Shown: positions 1-10,589, counted from the stretch's first letter. The stretch: DNA of 64,000 nt from an uncultured delta proteobacterium (GCA_963796055.1 CAWCKH010000004.1:3008001-3072000), one strand, 5' to 3'. Translations and numbers: made by a program. The notes: generated by a model from the letters alone, not told the origin.

Positions 1-1425
1 CTCTCCCTCCAGCCCCACCCCCAGGACCGCCTCCCGGCCGGCGAAGAGCACGTGCCTGGCCGGGGTGCGGACGCCCAGTCCTTCCACACCGGTCGCCGAC
101 CCCTCCACCGCGCCATAGATGACCTGCGGGCCGGCGCCGCCCAGCGCCCCCGGCCCGTCCACCAGCGGAACCGAGCGCGCCACCCGCTCCGCCACCGAGA
201 ACGGCATCAGCGCCTCCAGGGCCCGCTCCACCCCCGCCGCCGGGAGCCGCAGGCCGGATTCGCCCGCGTCCCGGACACCTGCCCCCACCAGCGCCGAGGC
301 GCTCACCGTGCGCAGCGACTCCTCGTCGCCGCGCGCTCCCGCCCGCCGCGTGGCGTGCACCTGGATCCACACCGGTCCGGTCTGCCCGCCATCCATCAGG
401 ACCAGGTCGCCCATCCCGCGGGGGAGCACCTTCTCCGGAACCACCCAGTGGACAGTGAGCACCAGCCGCTTCGGAACCAGGCCCACCAGGTGCTCCGCCA
501 GCTTCGTCCCCGGACCCTCGTCGGCGAGGAGCCCGGCCAGCAGCCCCGGATCCATCGCCGCCACCAGCCACGGCGCCCGGTACACCGCCTCGGCGCCGCG
601 TACCCGGAGGGTCACCTGAGGCCCCTCGAAGTCGATGCCTTCCACCGCGCGCCCGGCGAGGCCCTCCTGGTTCAGCAACGTCCCCCCCAGCTCGGTGAAG
701 CGCCGCCCCAGCGTCTCCCTGAGTCCCTCGCGTCCGCCGGGCAGGCGCAGCGGCGTCTTCAGCAGCTGGGCCAGGACCCGGGTGACGGCGAGCGGCCCGG
801 GCGGCTCCTGCTGCACCAGGAGTGGCACCGCGCCGGTCAGCAGCGCCTCCAGCGGCTCGTCGGCGGACAGCGGCGAGGGCCGGGTGAGCCCCTCCACCCG
901 CGCCGCCCGCCGGCGCAGGCGGATCCGCTCGAGCCAGCCGCCGGGCGTGAAGTCGTCCAGGAAGCGGAAGAAGGGGTCGGAGGCCTCCGGCATCGCGGTG
1001 AGCGTGGCCAGCGTCTCGGCCACCCGGCTGCCCCCGTTGCCGAACTCGCGCTGCAGCTCGGCCAGCCGCCGGGGCGACTCCACCGGTAGCTCCAGCCGGT
1101 GACGGGGGAGGACGATCTGCCACGGCCCGGCGGGCTTCAGCGCCCGCTGGAAGCCAGTGGTGAGCCCGAGCTCGGTGAAGCAGCTCTCCACCATCGGCCA
1201 CAGCCGGAACGGCGGGACGACGTACGGCGGGGAGGAGAAGAGGAATCCGTCGTGCTCGTACCCCGGCGCGAGGTGGGCGTGCTCGGCCCACAGCACGCGG
1301 AGTCCCCGCTTGGCGAGCAGCGCCCCGGCCAGCGCCCCGCCGAGCTCGGCCCCGAGCACCAGCACGTCGTAGACGTGGCGCGAGGGCCCCGGCGCGATGC
1401 GCGGTCGTGGGGGAAGCGTCGGCAC
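1..1425 (-). CDS. FAD-dependent oxidoreductase (phytoene dehydrogenase-like), 3' end runs off the window
   Basis: Absent from the ORF track. Manual minus-strand translation from GTG at 1425 gives VPTLPPRPRIAPGPSRHVYDVLVLGAELGGALAGALLAKRGLRVLWAE (Rossmann-like). The same frame reads VRTPARHVLFAGREAVLGVGLEGE at the window edge, like the C-terminal motif of this family. Starts 2 bp after the purN stop. The middle was not checked codon by codon. Confidence 0.75.
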   Translation of the reverse strand, partial: MPTLPPRPRIAPGPSRHVYDVLVLGAELGGALAGALLAKRGLRVLWAEHAHLAPGYEHDGFLFSSPPYVVPPFRLWPMVESCFTELGLTTGFQRALKPAGPWQIVLPRHRLELPVESPRRLAELQREFGNGGSRVAETLATLTAMPEASDPFFRFLDDFTPGGWLERIRLRRRAARVEGLTRPSPLSADEPLEALLTGAVPLLVQQEPPGPLAVTRVLAQLLKTPLRLPGGREGLRETLGRRFTELGGTLLNQEGLAGRAVEGIDFEGPQVTLRVRGAEAVYRAPWLVAAMDPGLLAGLLADEGPGTKLAEHLVGLVPKRLVLTVHWVVPEKVLPRGMGDLVLMDGGQTGPVWIQVHATRRAGARGDEESLRTVSASALVGAGVRDAGESGLRLPAAGVERALEALMPFSVAERVARSVPLVDGPGALGGAGPQVIYGAVEGSATGVEGLGVRTPARHVLFAGREAVLGVGLEGE

Positions 1426-1427
1426 TT

Positions 1428-2087
1428 CTACAAGCTTCCTGGGTTGACCAGCGAGAGCCCTGCCGTCTCGGGGGCACCGCCGGCCACGTGCACCCGCCGG
1501 CCCTCCACCCGGAGCCGGCCCGCGGCCAGCAGCCCGAGCGCGAGCGGGAAGAGACGGTGCTCCTGCTCCTGGATGCGCTTCTGGAGCGACTCCTCGGTGT
1601 CACCGTCGAGCACCGGCACCGCCGCCTGCGCCACGATGGGGCCGGTGTCGGTGCCCTCGTCGACGAGGTGCACGCTGCAGCCGGTCACCTTCACCCCGTG
1701 CTCCAGCGCCTGGCGGTGCGCGTGCAGGCCCGGGAAGCTGGGCAGCAGGGCAGGGTGGACGTTGAGCACCCCGCCGGGGAAGGCGCGGAGGAACGTCGGG
1801 CCCACCAGCCGCATGAAGCCGGCGAGGCAGGCGATGGCGCATCCGAAGGGAGCGATGGCCTCGACCAGCGCCCGGTCATACGCGGCGCGGTCCGGGTACC
1901 CCTGGTGGGACAGCACCCGCGTCGGCACCCCCGCCAGCGCCGCCCGCTCCAGCGCCCGGACGCCGGCGACATTCGACACCACCACCGCGATGCGGGCGGG
2001 GTACCCCGGCACGGCGGCCGCATCGAGCAGGGACTGGAGGTTGGTGCCCGACCCCGAGACGAGCACCGCGACGGGCGCGGGGCTCAC
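1428..2087 (-). CDS. purN: Phosphoribosylglycinamide formyltransferase
   Basis: [25 protein letters not shown] and [12 protein letters not shown] motifs. GTG start overlaps the purM stop (GTGA). Confidence 0.96.
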   Translation of the reverse strand: MSPAPVAVLVSGSGTNLQSLLDAAAVPGYPARIAVVVSNVAGVRALERAALAGVPTRVLSHQGYPDRAAYDRALVEAIAPFGCAIACLAGFMRLVGPTFLRAFPGGVLNVHPALLPSFPGLHAHRQALEHGVKVTGCSVHLVDEGTDTGPIVAQAAVPVLDGDTEESLQKRIQEQEHRLFPLALGLLAAGRLRVEGRRVHVAGGAPETAGLSLVNPGSL

Positions 2088-3118
2088 CGGACGATGACCG
2101 CCGTCGGCTCGCCGCTGGACGCCTCGATCCGGCCCACCTCCCACCCCGGCACGCCGCGTGCCGAGAGCAGCGCGAGGGCGGGCTGAACCGCCGCTCGAGG
2201 CATCACCGCCACCATCCCCAGCCCCATGTTGAAGGTGGAGTCCATCTCCGCGTCCGACACGGCGCCCAGCCGCTGCAGCCAGTCGAACACCGCCGGCCGC
2301 GGCCACGCCCTCGCCTCCAGCACCGCCCGCGTGCCGTCCGGCAAGCAGCGCGGGACGTTTCCCGGCAGGCCGCTCCCCGTCACGTGGGCGAGCCCCTTCA
2401 CCTCCACCGACTCGAGGAGCGCCAGCACGTCCTTGACGTAGATGCGGGTGGGCTCCAGCAGCACCTCGGCGACCGTCCTTCCCCCGAGCTCGGGAGGCCG
2501 CGCATCGAGCGCCACCTGCGCATCGGCGAGGATGCGGCGGACCAGGCTGAACCCGTTGGAGTGCACCCCGCTGCTCGCCAGGCCCACCAGCGCATCCCCG
2601 GGCCGGATGCTCGCTCCGGTGAGGATGCGGGACCGCTCCACGATGCCCACGCAGAAGCCGGCGAGGTCGTACTCGTTCCCGTCCGCGCCGGGGTGCTCGG
2701 CGGTCTCGCCCCCGAGCAAGGTGCAGCCGGCACGGAGACAGCCCTCGGCGACGCCCTTCACCACCTCGGTGGCCTGGTCCACGTCGAGTCGGCCGGTGGC
2801 GAGGTAGTCGAGGAAGAAGAGCGGCTCGGCCCCCGAGGTGAGCACGTCGTTGACGCTCATCGCCACCAGGTCGATGCCCACCGTGTCGTGCCTTCCGGCG
2901 GCCAGGGCAATCTTCAGCTTCGTCCCCACCCCGTCGGTGCCCGAGACCAGCACCGGCTCGCGGTACTTCCCCGGAGGGATGGCGAAGAGCCCGCCGAAGC
3001 CGCCCACCCCGGAGACCACCTCCGGGCGCAGGGTGCGCGCGGCGAACGGCTTGATGCGCTCAACCAGCGCGTCGCCCGCCTCGATGTCGACGCCGGCGTC
3101 CTTGTAGGTGAGTCCCAT
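2084..3118 (-). CDS. purM: Phosphoribosylformylglycinamidine cyclo-ligase (AIR synthetase)
   Basis: [37 protein letters not shown] and TFNMGLG motifs. Confidence 0.97.
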   Translation of the reverse strand: MGLTYKDAGVDIEAGDALVERIKPFAARTLRPEVVSGVGGFGGLFAIPPGKYREPVLVSGTDGVGTKLKIALAAGRHDTVGIDLVAMSVNDVLTSGAEPLFFLDYLATGRLDVDQATEVVKGVAEGCLRAGCTLLGGETAEHPGADGNEYDLAGFCVGIVERSRILTGASIRPGDALVGLASSGVHSNGFSLVRRILADAQVALDARPPELGGRTVAEVLLEPTRIYVKDVLALLESVEVKGLAHVTGSGLPGNVPRCLPDGTRAVLEARAWPRPAVFDWLQRLGAVSDAEMDSTFNMGLGMVAVMPRAAVQPALALLSARGVPGWEVGRIEASSGEPTAVIVR

Positions 3119-3210
3119 GGGGCCCGGCGCTTTCTACGCGATCTGACCCACGGCGACGAGCGTCCTCCACTTGCCCCATGCCCCCCGCCCGGTCGTAGGC
3201 TTGTCGGCGC

Positions 3211-5520
3211 TTGCTGCCCGAGCGCCTCCGCTGGGTGAGCCGTCGCCGCTACGAGCTGGTGGGGCTCGCCGTCGCCGTGGCCATGGCGCTGCTCCACTGG
3301 GCCACGGACGGGCGGCAGGCGGGCGCCGGCACCGGCCCCCGGGCGGCGGTGCTGCGCATCCTCTCCGCGCTCGAGGGCCGGGCCTCCGACCTCCAGATCT
3401 GGGCGCGGGGCGTCCGCGCGCCGCACCCGGACGTGGTGGTGGCGGCGGTCGACGAGCGCTCTGTGCAGCGCTATGGGCGCTGGCCCTGGAGCCGCGACCA
3501 GCTCGCCCGCGCCGTTGCCCGGCTCCACGAGGCCGGACCGGCGGCCATCGGGCTGGACATCACCTTCACCGACGAGGACCGGGGCTCGGACGCCGCGGTG
3601 ATGAGCGAGGCGGCGGAGGCGCTCGGCCAGGCCCTGGGGGACCTCCCCGAGTCCTCTCGCCTGGCGTTCAGCCCGGTGCTGGCCACCCTGAAGGCGCGGG
3701 CCTCGGGTAGCGGTGACGCCGCGCTCGCCCGGGCGCTGGCCGACGCGCCGGAGGTGGTGCAGGGCGTGTCGGCCTACGGCAGCGGCGAGGCTCACGATTA
3801 CCTCGAGCAGCGCGAGATGGCCGAGTCGCTGCTCCGCTCGCGGATGCTGACCCACTTCCCGGGTCCGTCCGGGAGGTCCTTCTTCGAGGTACCGCTGGAC
3901 CGGAGCATCGCCGAGCGCTTCGTCTCGGCCCAGGTGCCGCTCCCCGGGCTGCTTCCGCCTGCCCAGCCGCTGGGCCACTTCAACGTGCTGCGGGACGATG
4001 ACGGGGTGGTGCGACTCACCCCGCCCTTCGTGCAGCTGGAGCATCCCCCGGGGCTCCTCCCCTCGCTCGAGCTGCAGACGGCGGCCACGGCGCTGGAGGC
4101 CACGGTGGAGCCGGTCTGGGACCCGGAGCTCGGCCAGCTGGTGGCGGCGCGGCTCCGGCGCGACGGCCAGGTGGTCCGCACCGTTCCCCTCGCCCTCAAG
4201 CGCCCCCGGGCCCGCATCGACTACCCCGGTCCGGCGGAGGTCTTCCACACCGTCGCCCTCGCCGACGTGGTGGACCGCAAGCTGCCGCCCGAGGCGCTGC
4301 GGGGGAAGGTGGTGCTGGTCGGGGTGACGCTGGTGGGCCAGTACGACCAGGTGGTGACCCCCTTCCGGAACCTGGAAGCGGGCATCTACGCCCACGCGGC
4401 GATGCTCTCCAGCATCCTCTCCGGCCGCTTCCTCCAGCGCGGGACGGGAGCGGTGCTGGCCGAGCTGATCTTCATCCTCGGCGCGGGGCTCCTCCTGGGG
4501 CTGGTGCTCCCCCGAGCCTCGCCGTGGCTCAAGGCCGCGGTCCCCCTGGCGCTGGCGCTGGGGTGGGTGGCGGTGGTGCAGCTCGCGCTCCGGCGCGGGG
4601 TGGTGCTGGCCTCGGCCCTTCCCCTGGCGAACGTGTTCCTCGCGGCCTTCGCGGTGGTCTTCGTCGGCTACCTCGTCACCGACCGGGAGAAGATCCGGCT
4701 CCGGCGCACCTTCCGGTACTACGTCGCCGAGAGCGTGATGACCGAGATGCTCGACCACCCCGAACTGCTGCGGCTGGGCGGCGAGAAGCGCGACTGCACC
4801 GTGCTCTTCAGCGACATCCGCGGCTTCACCGCGCTCAGCGAGACCATGGCCCCCGAGGCGCTGGTGAAGTTCATCAATGGCTATCTGTCGCCCATGACCC
4901 GCATCGTGCTGGAGGAGGGCGGGACGCTGGACAAGTACATCGGCGACGCGCTGATGGCGTTCTGGGGCGCGCCGATCCCCCAGGAGGACCACGCGCTGCG
5001 CGCCTGCCGGACCGCGCTCCGCTTCCTCGAGGAGCTGGAGCAGCTTCGCAAGGGCTGGAGAGCCGAGGGGCTGCCGGAGATCGAGATCGGCGTGGGCATC
5101 AACAGTGGGTCCATGGTGGTGGGAAACATGGGGTCGGACCTGCGCTTCGACTACACGGTGATGGGCGACGCGGTGAACATGGCCTCACGGCTGGAGGGTG
5201 CGAACAAGCTCTTCCAGACCAGCATCATGGTGTCCGAGGAGACCTGGCGTCGCATCGCCACCGAGGCCACCGGGCGCCGGCTGGGCTCGCTGCGGCTGCG
5301 CGGGCGGTCCGAGCCGGTGCGGGTCTGGGAGCTGCTCGCGCTCCGGCGCCCCACCGCGGAGGAGCAGGCGACCATCGCCCGGTTCGAGGAGGCGGTGGAT
5401 GCGCTCGCCGCCCGGCGGGTGCAGGAGGCCGAGGCCGGGTTCCAGGCGGTGCTCGCCGCGCATCCGGACGACCGCGTCGCGCGCCGGTACCTGTCCGAGG
5501 CGCGGACCTCGACGGTGTAG
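3211..5520 (+). CDS. CHASE2-domain membrane class III adenylate cyclase
   Basis: N-terminal TM; CHASE2 (VDERS..YGRWPWSR; GIYAHA); 3 TMs; catalytic FSDIRGFT, DKYIGD and DYTVMGDAVNMASRLE with the Lys/Thr adenine specifiers. Confidence 0.93.
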   Translation: MLPERLRWVSRRRYELVGLAVAVAMALLHWATDGRQAGAGTGPRAAVLRILSALEGRASDLQIWARGVRAPHPDVVVAAVDERSVQRYGRWPWSRDQLARAVARLHEAGPAAIGLDITFTDEDRGSDAAVMSEAAEALGQALGDLPESSRLAFSPVLATLKARASGSGDAALARALADAPEVVQGVSAYGSGEAHDYLEQREMAESLLRSRMLTHFPGPSGRSFFEVPLDRSIAERFVSAQVPLPGLLPPAQPLGHFNVLRDDDGVVRLTPPFVQLEHPPGLLPSLELQTAATALEATVEPVWDPELGQLVAARLRRDGQVVRTVPLALKRPRARIDYPGPAEVFHTVALADVVDRKLPPEALRGKVVLVGVTLVGQYDQVVTPFRNLEAGIYAHAAMLSSILSGRFLQRGTGAVLAELIFILGAGLLLGLVLPRASPWLKAAVPLALALGWVAVVQLALRRGVVLASALPLANVFLAAFAVVFVGYLVTDREKIRLRRTFRYYVAESVMTEMLDHPELLRLGGEKRDCTVLFSDIRGFTALSETMAPEALVKFINGYLSPMTRIVLEEGGTLDKYIGDALMAFWGAPIPQEDHALRACRTALRFLEELEQLRKGWRAEGLPEIEIGVGINSGSMVVGNMGSDLRFDYTVMGDAVNMASRLEGANKLFQTSIMVSEETWRRIATEATGRRLGSLRLRGRSEPVRVWELLALRRPTAEEQATIARFEEAVDALAARRVQEAEAGFQAVLAAHPDDRVARRYLSEARTSTV

Positions 5521-5609
5521 GGCGCGCTCTTCCAGGCCTGTCGCACGCCCAGGAAAGTTGCGCCCTTCGGTGCCAGTTGATTGACTTCCCTCTCGACGCA
5601 CCTGCCCAC

Positions 5610-6263
5610 ATGCCCACTGCCGAAGACACGCTCTTCCAGCGGTTCGGGAAGGAGTTTCCCAAGGGAACCGTGCTCTTCCACGAGGGCGAGACCGGGAAGG
5701 AGATGTTCGTCCTCCAGTCGGGCAGGGTGGTCATCACTCGCACCGTCCGGGACACGGTGAAGACCCTGGCCACGCTCGGGCCCGGCGAGTTCTTCGGCGA
5801 GATGGCGCTGATCTCCAACAAGCCGAGGAACGCGACCGCCACGGTGGAGGAGCCGGCGCGGCTCCTGGTCATCGACCCCAAGACCTTCGAGGGGATGATC
5901 CGCGGCAACTCGGAGATCGCCGTCCGGATGATCAAGAAGCTCGCCGAGCGGCTCGACGAGGCGGATGCACAGATCGAGAACCTCCTGCTCGCCGACCCGG
6001 GCAGCCGGGTGGTGCACCAGATCCTCCACGCCTGCCAGAGCCGCGGCCGGCCGCTGGAGGAGGGCGTGGAGATCGACCTCAACGTCCGGGAGCTGCCGCG
6101 GCTGACCGGGGTGGGCGAGCCTGGCATCCGGGCCGAGCTCCAGCGCATGGAGCGCAGTGGGCTGGTGGAGCGCACCGGCGACCGGCTCCTGGTGCGGGAC
6201 CCGGCGCGCCTGCAAGATTACTTGGACTTCCTCGCTCTGCGCTGGAAGTTCGCCGAGCCATGA
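5610..6263 (+). CDS. Crp/Fnr-family cNMP-binding transcriptional regulator
   Basis: GEFFGEMAL...PRNATA phosphate-binding cassette, C-helix and C-terminal wHTH. ATG at 5610 within ORF 4524..6263. Confidence 0.9.
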   Translation: MPTAEDTLFQRFGKEFPKGTVLFHEGETGKEMFVLQSGRVVITRTVRDTVKTLATLGPGEFFGEMALISNKPRNATATVEEPARLLVIDPKTFEGMIRGNSEIAVRMIKKLAERLDEADAQIENLLLADPGSRVVHQILHACQSRGRPLEEGVEIDLNVRELPRLTGVGEPGIRAELQRMERSGLVERTGDRLLVRDPARLQDYLDFLALRWKFAEP

Positions 6264-7015
6264 ACCTCCGGGTCCTCGGCTGCCACGGCGGTGAGCTTCC
6301 CGGATGCCGGAGCACCTGCTTCCTGGTCGACGGCTCGCTGGCGCTGGACGCCGGCGCGCTGACCGCCTCGCTCGACCTGCCGGCCCTGGCCAGCGTCGAT
6401 CACATCGTCCTCACCCACAGCCACTTCGACCACGTGAAGGACCTGCCGCTTCTCTCCGACCTGGTGGTCGGCTGGCGGAAGACCCCGATCACCATCTGGG
6501 CGAGCCACGACTGCACCCGGACGCTGCGGGACAACATGTTCAACGGCGCGCTCTGGCCGGACTTCACCCGCATCCCGTCACCGGAGCAGCCGGTGTTCCG
6601 GCTCCGGAGCTTCACGCCCGGCGAGACGTTCCAGCCCGGGCCGTACACCGTGCGCTCGGTGCTGGTGAGCCACCCGGTCGAGTCCTGCGGCTTCGTGGTG
6701 CAGCGTAACGGCGTCGCGCTGGGGATCAGCGGAGACACCGGCCCCACCCACCAGCTCTGGGAGGTTCTGAACCAGACGCCCAACCTCCGGGTGCTGCTGC
6801 TGGAGACCAGCTTCCCCGACGAGCTCCAGGATCTGGCGGACATCTCCGGCCACCTCACCCCGAGGACGCTGCGCGGCGAGCTGGCGAAGTTCCGGCGAAA
6901 CGGGACCGACGTCCTGCTGTACCACCTGAAGCCCGCCTTCGTGGCCGAGCTGAAGCGGCAGGTGGCGAACCTGCCGGTCCGGGTGCTCGAGCTGGGCGAC
7001 AGCTTCGACCTCTAA
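6260..7015 (+). CDS. Class II 3',5'-cyclic-nucleotide phosphodiesterase (metallo-beta-lactamase fold)
   Basis: LGCHGG, LDAG, THSHFDH, SGDTGPT, SFPD..LADISGHLTP and YHLKP motifs. ATGA overlap with the Crp gene. Confidence 0.88.
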   Translation: MNLRVLGCHGGELPGCRSTCFLVDGSLALDAGALTASLDLPALASVDHIVLTHSHFDHVKDLPLLSDLVVGWRKTPITIWASHDCTRTLRDNMFNGALWPDFTRIPSPEQPVFRLRSFTPGETFQPGPYTVRSVLVSHPVESCGFVVQRNGVALGISGDTGPTHQLWEVLNQTPNLRVLLLETSFPDELQDLADISGHLTPRTLRGELAKFRRNGTDVLLYHLKPAFVAELKRQVANLPVRVLELGDSFDL

Positions 7016-7119
7016 CTCGAGGTGCAGTGGCAGGCGAAGTCGTCGGTGTAGCCATCGGGACCACCGTGACGGGGTTGTTGACGGCCGGCGGGCACTCCGT
7101 TACGCGGACGGCCGGCACG

Positions 7120-7983
7120 ATGGCCACCTGGTTCAGCAAGAAGCCGCGCATCGCCCCGGTCAAGCCCGAGGAGGTGGACAGCCTCCGGCAGCAGCCCTCC
7201 CGGATGCAGGGGCTGTGGGCCAAGTGCGAGGAGTGCGACGAGATCATCTACCGGGCGGAGATCGAGAAGAACCTCAACGTCTGCCCGCTCTGCGGCCACC
7301 ACATGCCCTGGCCGGCGCGCGCCCGGCTGCAGGCGCTCCTCGACGAGGGGACGTTCGAGGAGGCGGACCGGGAGCTCGAGCCCACCGACCCGCTGGGCTT
7401 CACCGACAGCAAGCGGTACCGCGATCGGCTCCGCGCCACCCGCCGGGCGCTGGACGAGAACGACGCCTTCATCGGCGGCATGGGGCGGATCGAGGGTCAC
7501 CCCGTCTCGGTGGGGGGCTTCGTCTTCGAGTTCATGGGCGGCTCGATGGGCTCGGTGGTGGGCGAGAAGGTGACCCGGCTGTTCGAGCGTGCCACCGCCC
7601 GCCGGTGCGCCGCGGTGGTCTTCAGCGCCTCCGGTGGCGCGCGGATGCAGGAGGGCATCTTCTCGCTGATGCAGATGGCGAAGACCTCCGCGGCGATCGC
7701 TCGCTTCCGTGAGGTGAGGAAGCCGTACGTCTCGGTGATGCTCCACCCGACCACCGGCGGAGTGGCGGCGAGCTTCGCCTGGCTCGGGGACGTCATCCTC
7801 GCCGAGCCCAAGGCCCTGATCGGCTTCGCCGGTCCCCGGGTCATCGAGCAGACCATCCGCCAGAAGCTCCCCGACGGGTTCCAGCGCTCGGAGTTCTTGC
7901 TCGAGCACGGGATGGTGGACGCCATCGTCCCCCGCAAGGAGCTGCGGGCGAAGCTCGGGTCCCTGCTGGGCCTGATGGGCTGA
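7120..7983 (+). CDS. accD: Acetyl-CoA carboxylase carboxyltransferase beta subunit
   Basis: WAKCEEC..CPLCGHH zinc finger, FMGGSMGSVVGEK, SGGARMQEG and GFAGPRVIEQT. Confidence 0.96.
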   Translation: MATWFSKKPRIAPVKPEEVDSLRQQPSRMQGLWAKCEECDEIIYRAEIEKNLNVCPLCGHHMPWPARARLQALLDEGTFEEADRELEPTDPLGFTDSKRYRDRLRATRRALDENDAFIGGMGRIEGHPVSVGGFVFEFMGGSMGSVVGEKVTRLFERATARRCAAVVFSASGGARMQEGIFSLMQMAKTSAAIARFREVRKPYVSVMLHPTTGGVAASFAWLGDVILAEPKALIGFAGPRVIEQTIRQKLPDGFQRSEFLLEHGMVDAIVPRKELRAKLGSLLGLMG

Positions 7984-7984
7984 G

Positions 7985-9262
7985 ATGGACACCCCGCGGA
8001 CGGCCGAGGAGGGGCTCCAGTTCCTCGCCTCCCGCTCGCCGTCGACGGTGGTGCTGGGCCTGCAGCGCATGCAGCAGGCGCTGGAGGAGCTGGGGAATCC
8101 CGAGTCACGGCTCCGTTCGGTGCAGGTCGGGGGCACCAACGGGAAAGGGAGCACCTGCGCCTTCCTCGAGTCCATCCTCCGCGCCGCGGGGCACCGGGTG
8201 GGGCTCTACACCTCGCCGCACCTCGTCCGGGTGAACGAGCGGTTCGTGGTGGGTGGGGTGGCGATCGACGACCAGGCGCTCGGCACCCGCATCGTCGAGG
8301 TGCTCCAGAGGTCGCCGGCGGCGCGAGAGGCGACGTACTTCGAGCTCGGGACGCTGGTGGCGCTGGAGCACTTCGCCCGCGAGGCAGTGGAGGTCGCGGT
8401 GCTGGAGGTCGGGCTCGGAGGCCGGCTCGACGCCACCACCGCCGCGCGCCCCCGGCTCACCGCCCTCACCCGGGTGGGGTTGGATCACATGGAGTTCCTC
8501 GGTGACACCCTCCAGGCCATCGCCCGGGAGAAGGCGGCCATCTTCCGCCCCGGCGTGCCGGCGGTGGTGAGCGAGCAGCGGCCGGAGCCGCTCGCGGTCA
8601 TCGAGGCCACCGCCACCACCGTGGGCGCGCCGTTGTGGGTGGAGGGCCGTGATTTCTCGCTCGACGAGCTCGGCCGGTACCGCGGGGCGGAGCGAGCTCT
8701 GGACGGGCTGGCGCTCGGCCTTCACGGCGAGCACCAGCACCACAACGCCGCGGTGGCCGTGACCTGCGCGAATCTCCTGGTGCGTCAGGGGCTGGCGGTG
8801 GGCGCCGAGGCGATCCGCACCGGGCTGCAGCGGACGCGCTGGCCCGGGCGGCTGGAGCAGATCCCCGGCCATCCGCCTCTGCTGCTCGATGGAGCGCACA
8901 ACGAGGATGGCGTGGCGGCGCTGGTGGCGGCGCTCGATGCTCCACCCTACGCCGGCCGTCCGATGCACCTGGTCTTCGGGGTGGTCTCGGACAAGCGGGT
9001 CGAGCCGATGCTCCGGGTGCTGCTGCCCCGGTGCGCCTCCGCGACGCTCACCCGGGTGCCGACGCCCCGGACGCTCGATCCGGACGGGGTCCTCGCCCTG
9101 GCGCGCTCGCTCTGCCCGGTGGTGGGCGTCACTCCCTCGCCGGAAGCGGCCCTCGCCCGGGCGCGTACCCTGGCGGGGCCGGACGGGTGGGTGCTGGTTG
9201 CAGGGTCGCTGTACCTGGTGGGCGCGGTGAAGGCCCTCCTGGAATCCAACCCGGCCCGGTGA
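7985..9262 (+). CDS. folC: Folylpolyglutamate synthase / dihydrofolate synthase
   Basis: GTNGKGS, YTSPHL..NER, LEVGLGGRLDAT, WPGRLE and LDGAHN; follows accD. Confidence 0.95.
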   Translation: MDTPRTAEEGLQFLASRSPSTVVLGLQRMQQALEELGNPESRLRSVQVGGTNGKGSTCAFLESILRAAGHRVGLYTSPHLVRVNERFVVGGVAIDDQALGTRIVEVLQRSPAAREATYFELGTLVALEHFAREAVEVAVLEVGLGGRLDATTAARPRLTALTRVGLDHMEFLGDTLQAIAREKAAIFRPGVPAVVSEQRPEPLAVIEATATTVGAPLWVEGRDFSLDELGRYRGAERALDGLALGLHGEHQHHNAAVAVTCANLLVRQGLAVGAEAIRTGLQRTRWPGRLEQIPGHPPLLLDGAHNEDGVAALVAALDAPPYAGRPMHLVFGVVSDKRVEPMLRVLLPRCASATLTRVPTPRTLDPDGVLALARSLCPVVGVTPSPEAALARARTLAGPDGWVLVAGSLYLVGAVKALLESNPAR

Positions 9263-9284
9263 GCCCCGGGGGCACGCATGGTGC

Positions 9285-10589
9285 TTGGCGCGGCGCAGCA
9301 CCGACCCTAAAGTCAAGGCCCGGATGCGTCTCCCCCGAACGCACGTGCCGGTCGTCCCCCCCACGGTCGACGAGGTTGCGTTCCGGGACCTGTACCGGAA
9401 GTCCGAGTACGGGGTGGAGACGTCCGATGGCTGGACGCTGATCGTCACCCGCTACCAGGCCGAGCCGCAGCCCTTCCACCAGCCGCTGCTCGGCGAGCCG
9501 CTGCTGCTGGTGCCCGGCTTCTCGCAGAACCGCCACACCTGGACCAGCGGTGAATTCGTGAAGAACCTCCTGTACTTCGGCCTCGACATCCACATCGTCG
9601 AGCTGCGGGGCCACGGCAAGAGCAGCCAGCAGCTCCAGCGCGAGCGCTCGGAACTGACCGGTCGGCCCCTGCCCTCGGACCTCGACTACGGCTGGGACCT
9701 CGACAGCTACCTGCTGCACGACCTGCCGGCGACGGTGGGGGCGGTGAAGGAGAAGACCGGGCGGCGGCGCATCTTCTACTGCGGACACTCCATGGGGGGA
9801 ATGCTCGGCTACGGGTACGCCGGGTTGCACGACGACCTGGAAGGGCTGATCACCATCGGGGCTCCGGCGGACCTCGGACGGGGATTCCCCCTGCTCCGTC
9901 TCCTGGCTCTCACCAGCCCGCTCACCGGCGCGCTCATCGACGCGGGGCTGCTGGCAGTCAACCTCCAGCGCCGGATGCTCGCCCTGGCCCGGCTGCTCCG
10001 GGCGCGGGCCGCGGCCTTCGCCCGGCTGCCCGCAGGAGACGAGCTGGAGCCCATCGTCGACGCGCTGGTCCGGTTCAACTACGTCCCGGTCGACGAGTGG
10101 CTGAAGCTGCTGGAAAAGCTCATCGCCCGGGCGGAGGTGCACCCGGTCTACGACGCGCTCGCCCGGCGGGTGAACTGGCTCAGCAACCCCAGCCGGGTGA
10201 GCGGGGCGGACATCCGCTGGCTGCTGCGCGAGGGCGGCGAGCGCGAGCCCCGCAAGGTGCTCGAGCAGTTCGCGCGCTGGGTCCGCCGGGGGGAGCTGGT
10301 CTGCTACCGGACCGGCTACGACTACAAGCAGGGCTTCACCAACATCGCCATCCCGATGGCAATCATCTTCGGGGACATGGATCCGCTCGCCTCGGTGGAG
10401 TCCACGCGCAGCGTGTACCGCGCCGCCCGGAGCGAGTACCTCCTCTGGCGGCCGGTGAAGGGCAACAGCCACATCGAGCTGACGATGGGGCACGACATCC
10501 GGCAGATCTGCTACGACGTGAAGAATCTGGTGGAGTACGCGCGCACGCACCGGACCCGCGGCCCGTCGCTCCCTCGGCTGCACTCCTGA
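9285..10589 (+). CDS. Alpha/beta-fold hydrolase
   Basis: ELRGHGKS, nucleophile elbow GHSMGG, GDMDPL and late SHIEL His. TTG start uncertain. Confidence 0.8.
   Translation: MARRSTDPKVKARMRLPRTHVPVVPPTVDEVAFRDLYRKSEYGVETSDGWTLIVTRYQAEPQPFHQPLLGEPLLLVPGFSQNRHTWTSGEFVKNLLYFGLDIHIVELRGHGKSSQQLQRERSELTGRPLPSDLDYGWDLDSYLLHDLPATVGAVKEKTGRRRIFYCGHSMGGMLGYGYAGLHDDLEGLITIGAPADLGRGFPLLRLLALTSPLTGALIDAGLLAVNLQRRMLALARLLRARAAAFARLPAGDELEPIVDALVRFNYVPVDEWLKLLEKLIARAEVHPVYDALARRVNWLSNPSRVSGADIRWLLREGGEREPRKVLEQFARWVRRGELVCYRTGYDYKQGFTNIAIPMAIIFGDMDPLASVESTRSVYRAARSEYLLWRPVKGNSHIELTMGHDIRQICYDVKNLVEYARTHRTRGPSLPRLHS

Noticed and set aside
4524..5609. Apparent long N-terminal fusions (Crp, also ORFs starting at 22689, 15887, 34757 and 54162)
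   Set aside because: Off-frame read-through over upstream genes; homology starts at internal start codons.
3211..7015. Pycsar/CBASS-like antiphage system (cyclase + cNMP-binding protein + MBL hydrolase)
   Set aside because: The cyclase is a CHASE2 membrane sensor with adenine specifiers, the partner has an HTH rather than a TIR or TM effector, and the context is housekeeping.
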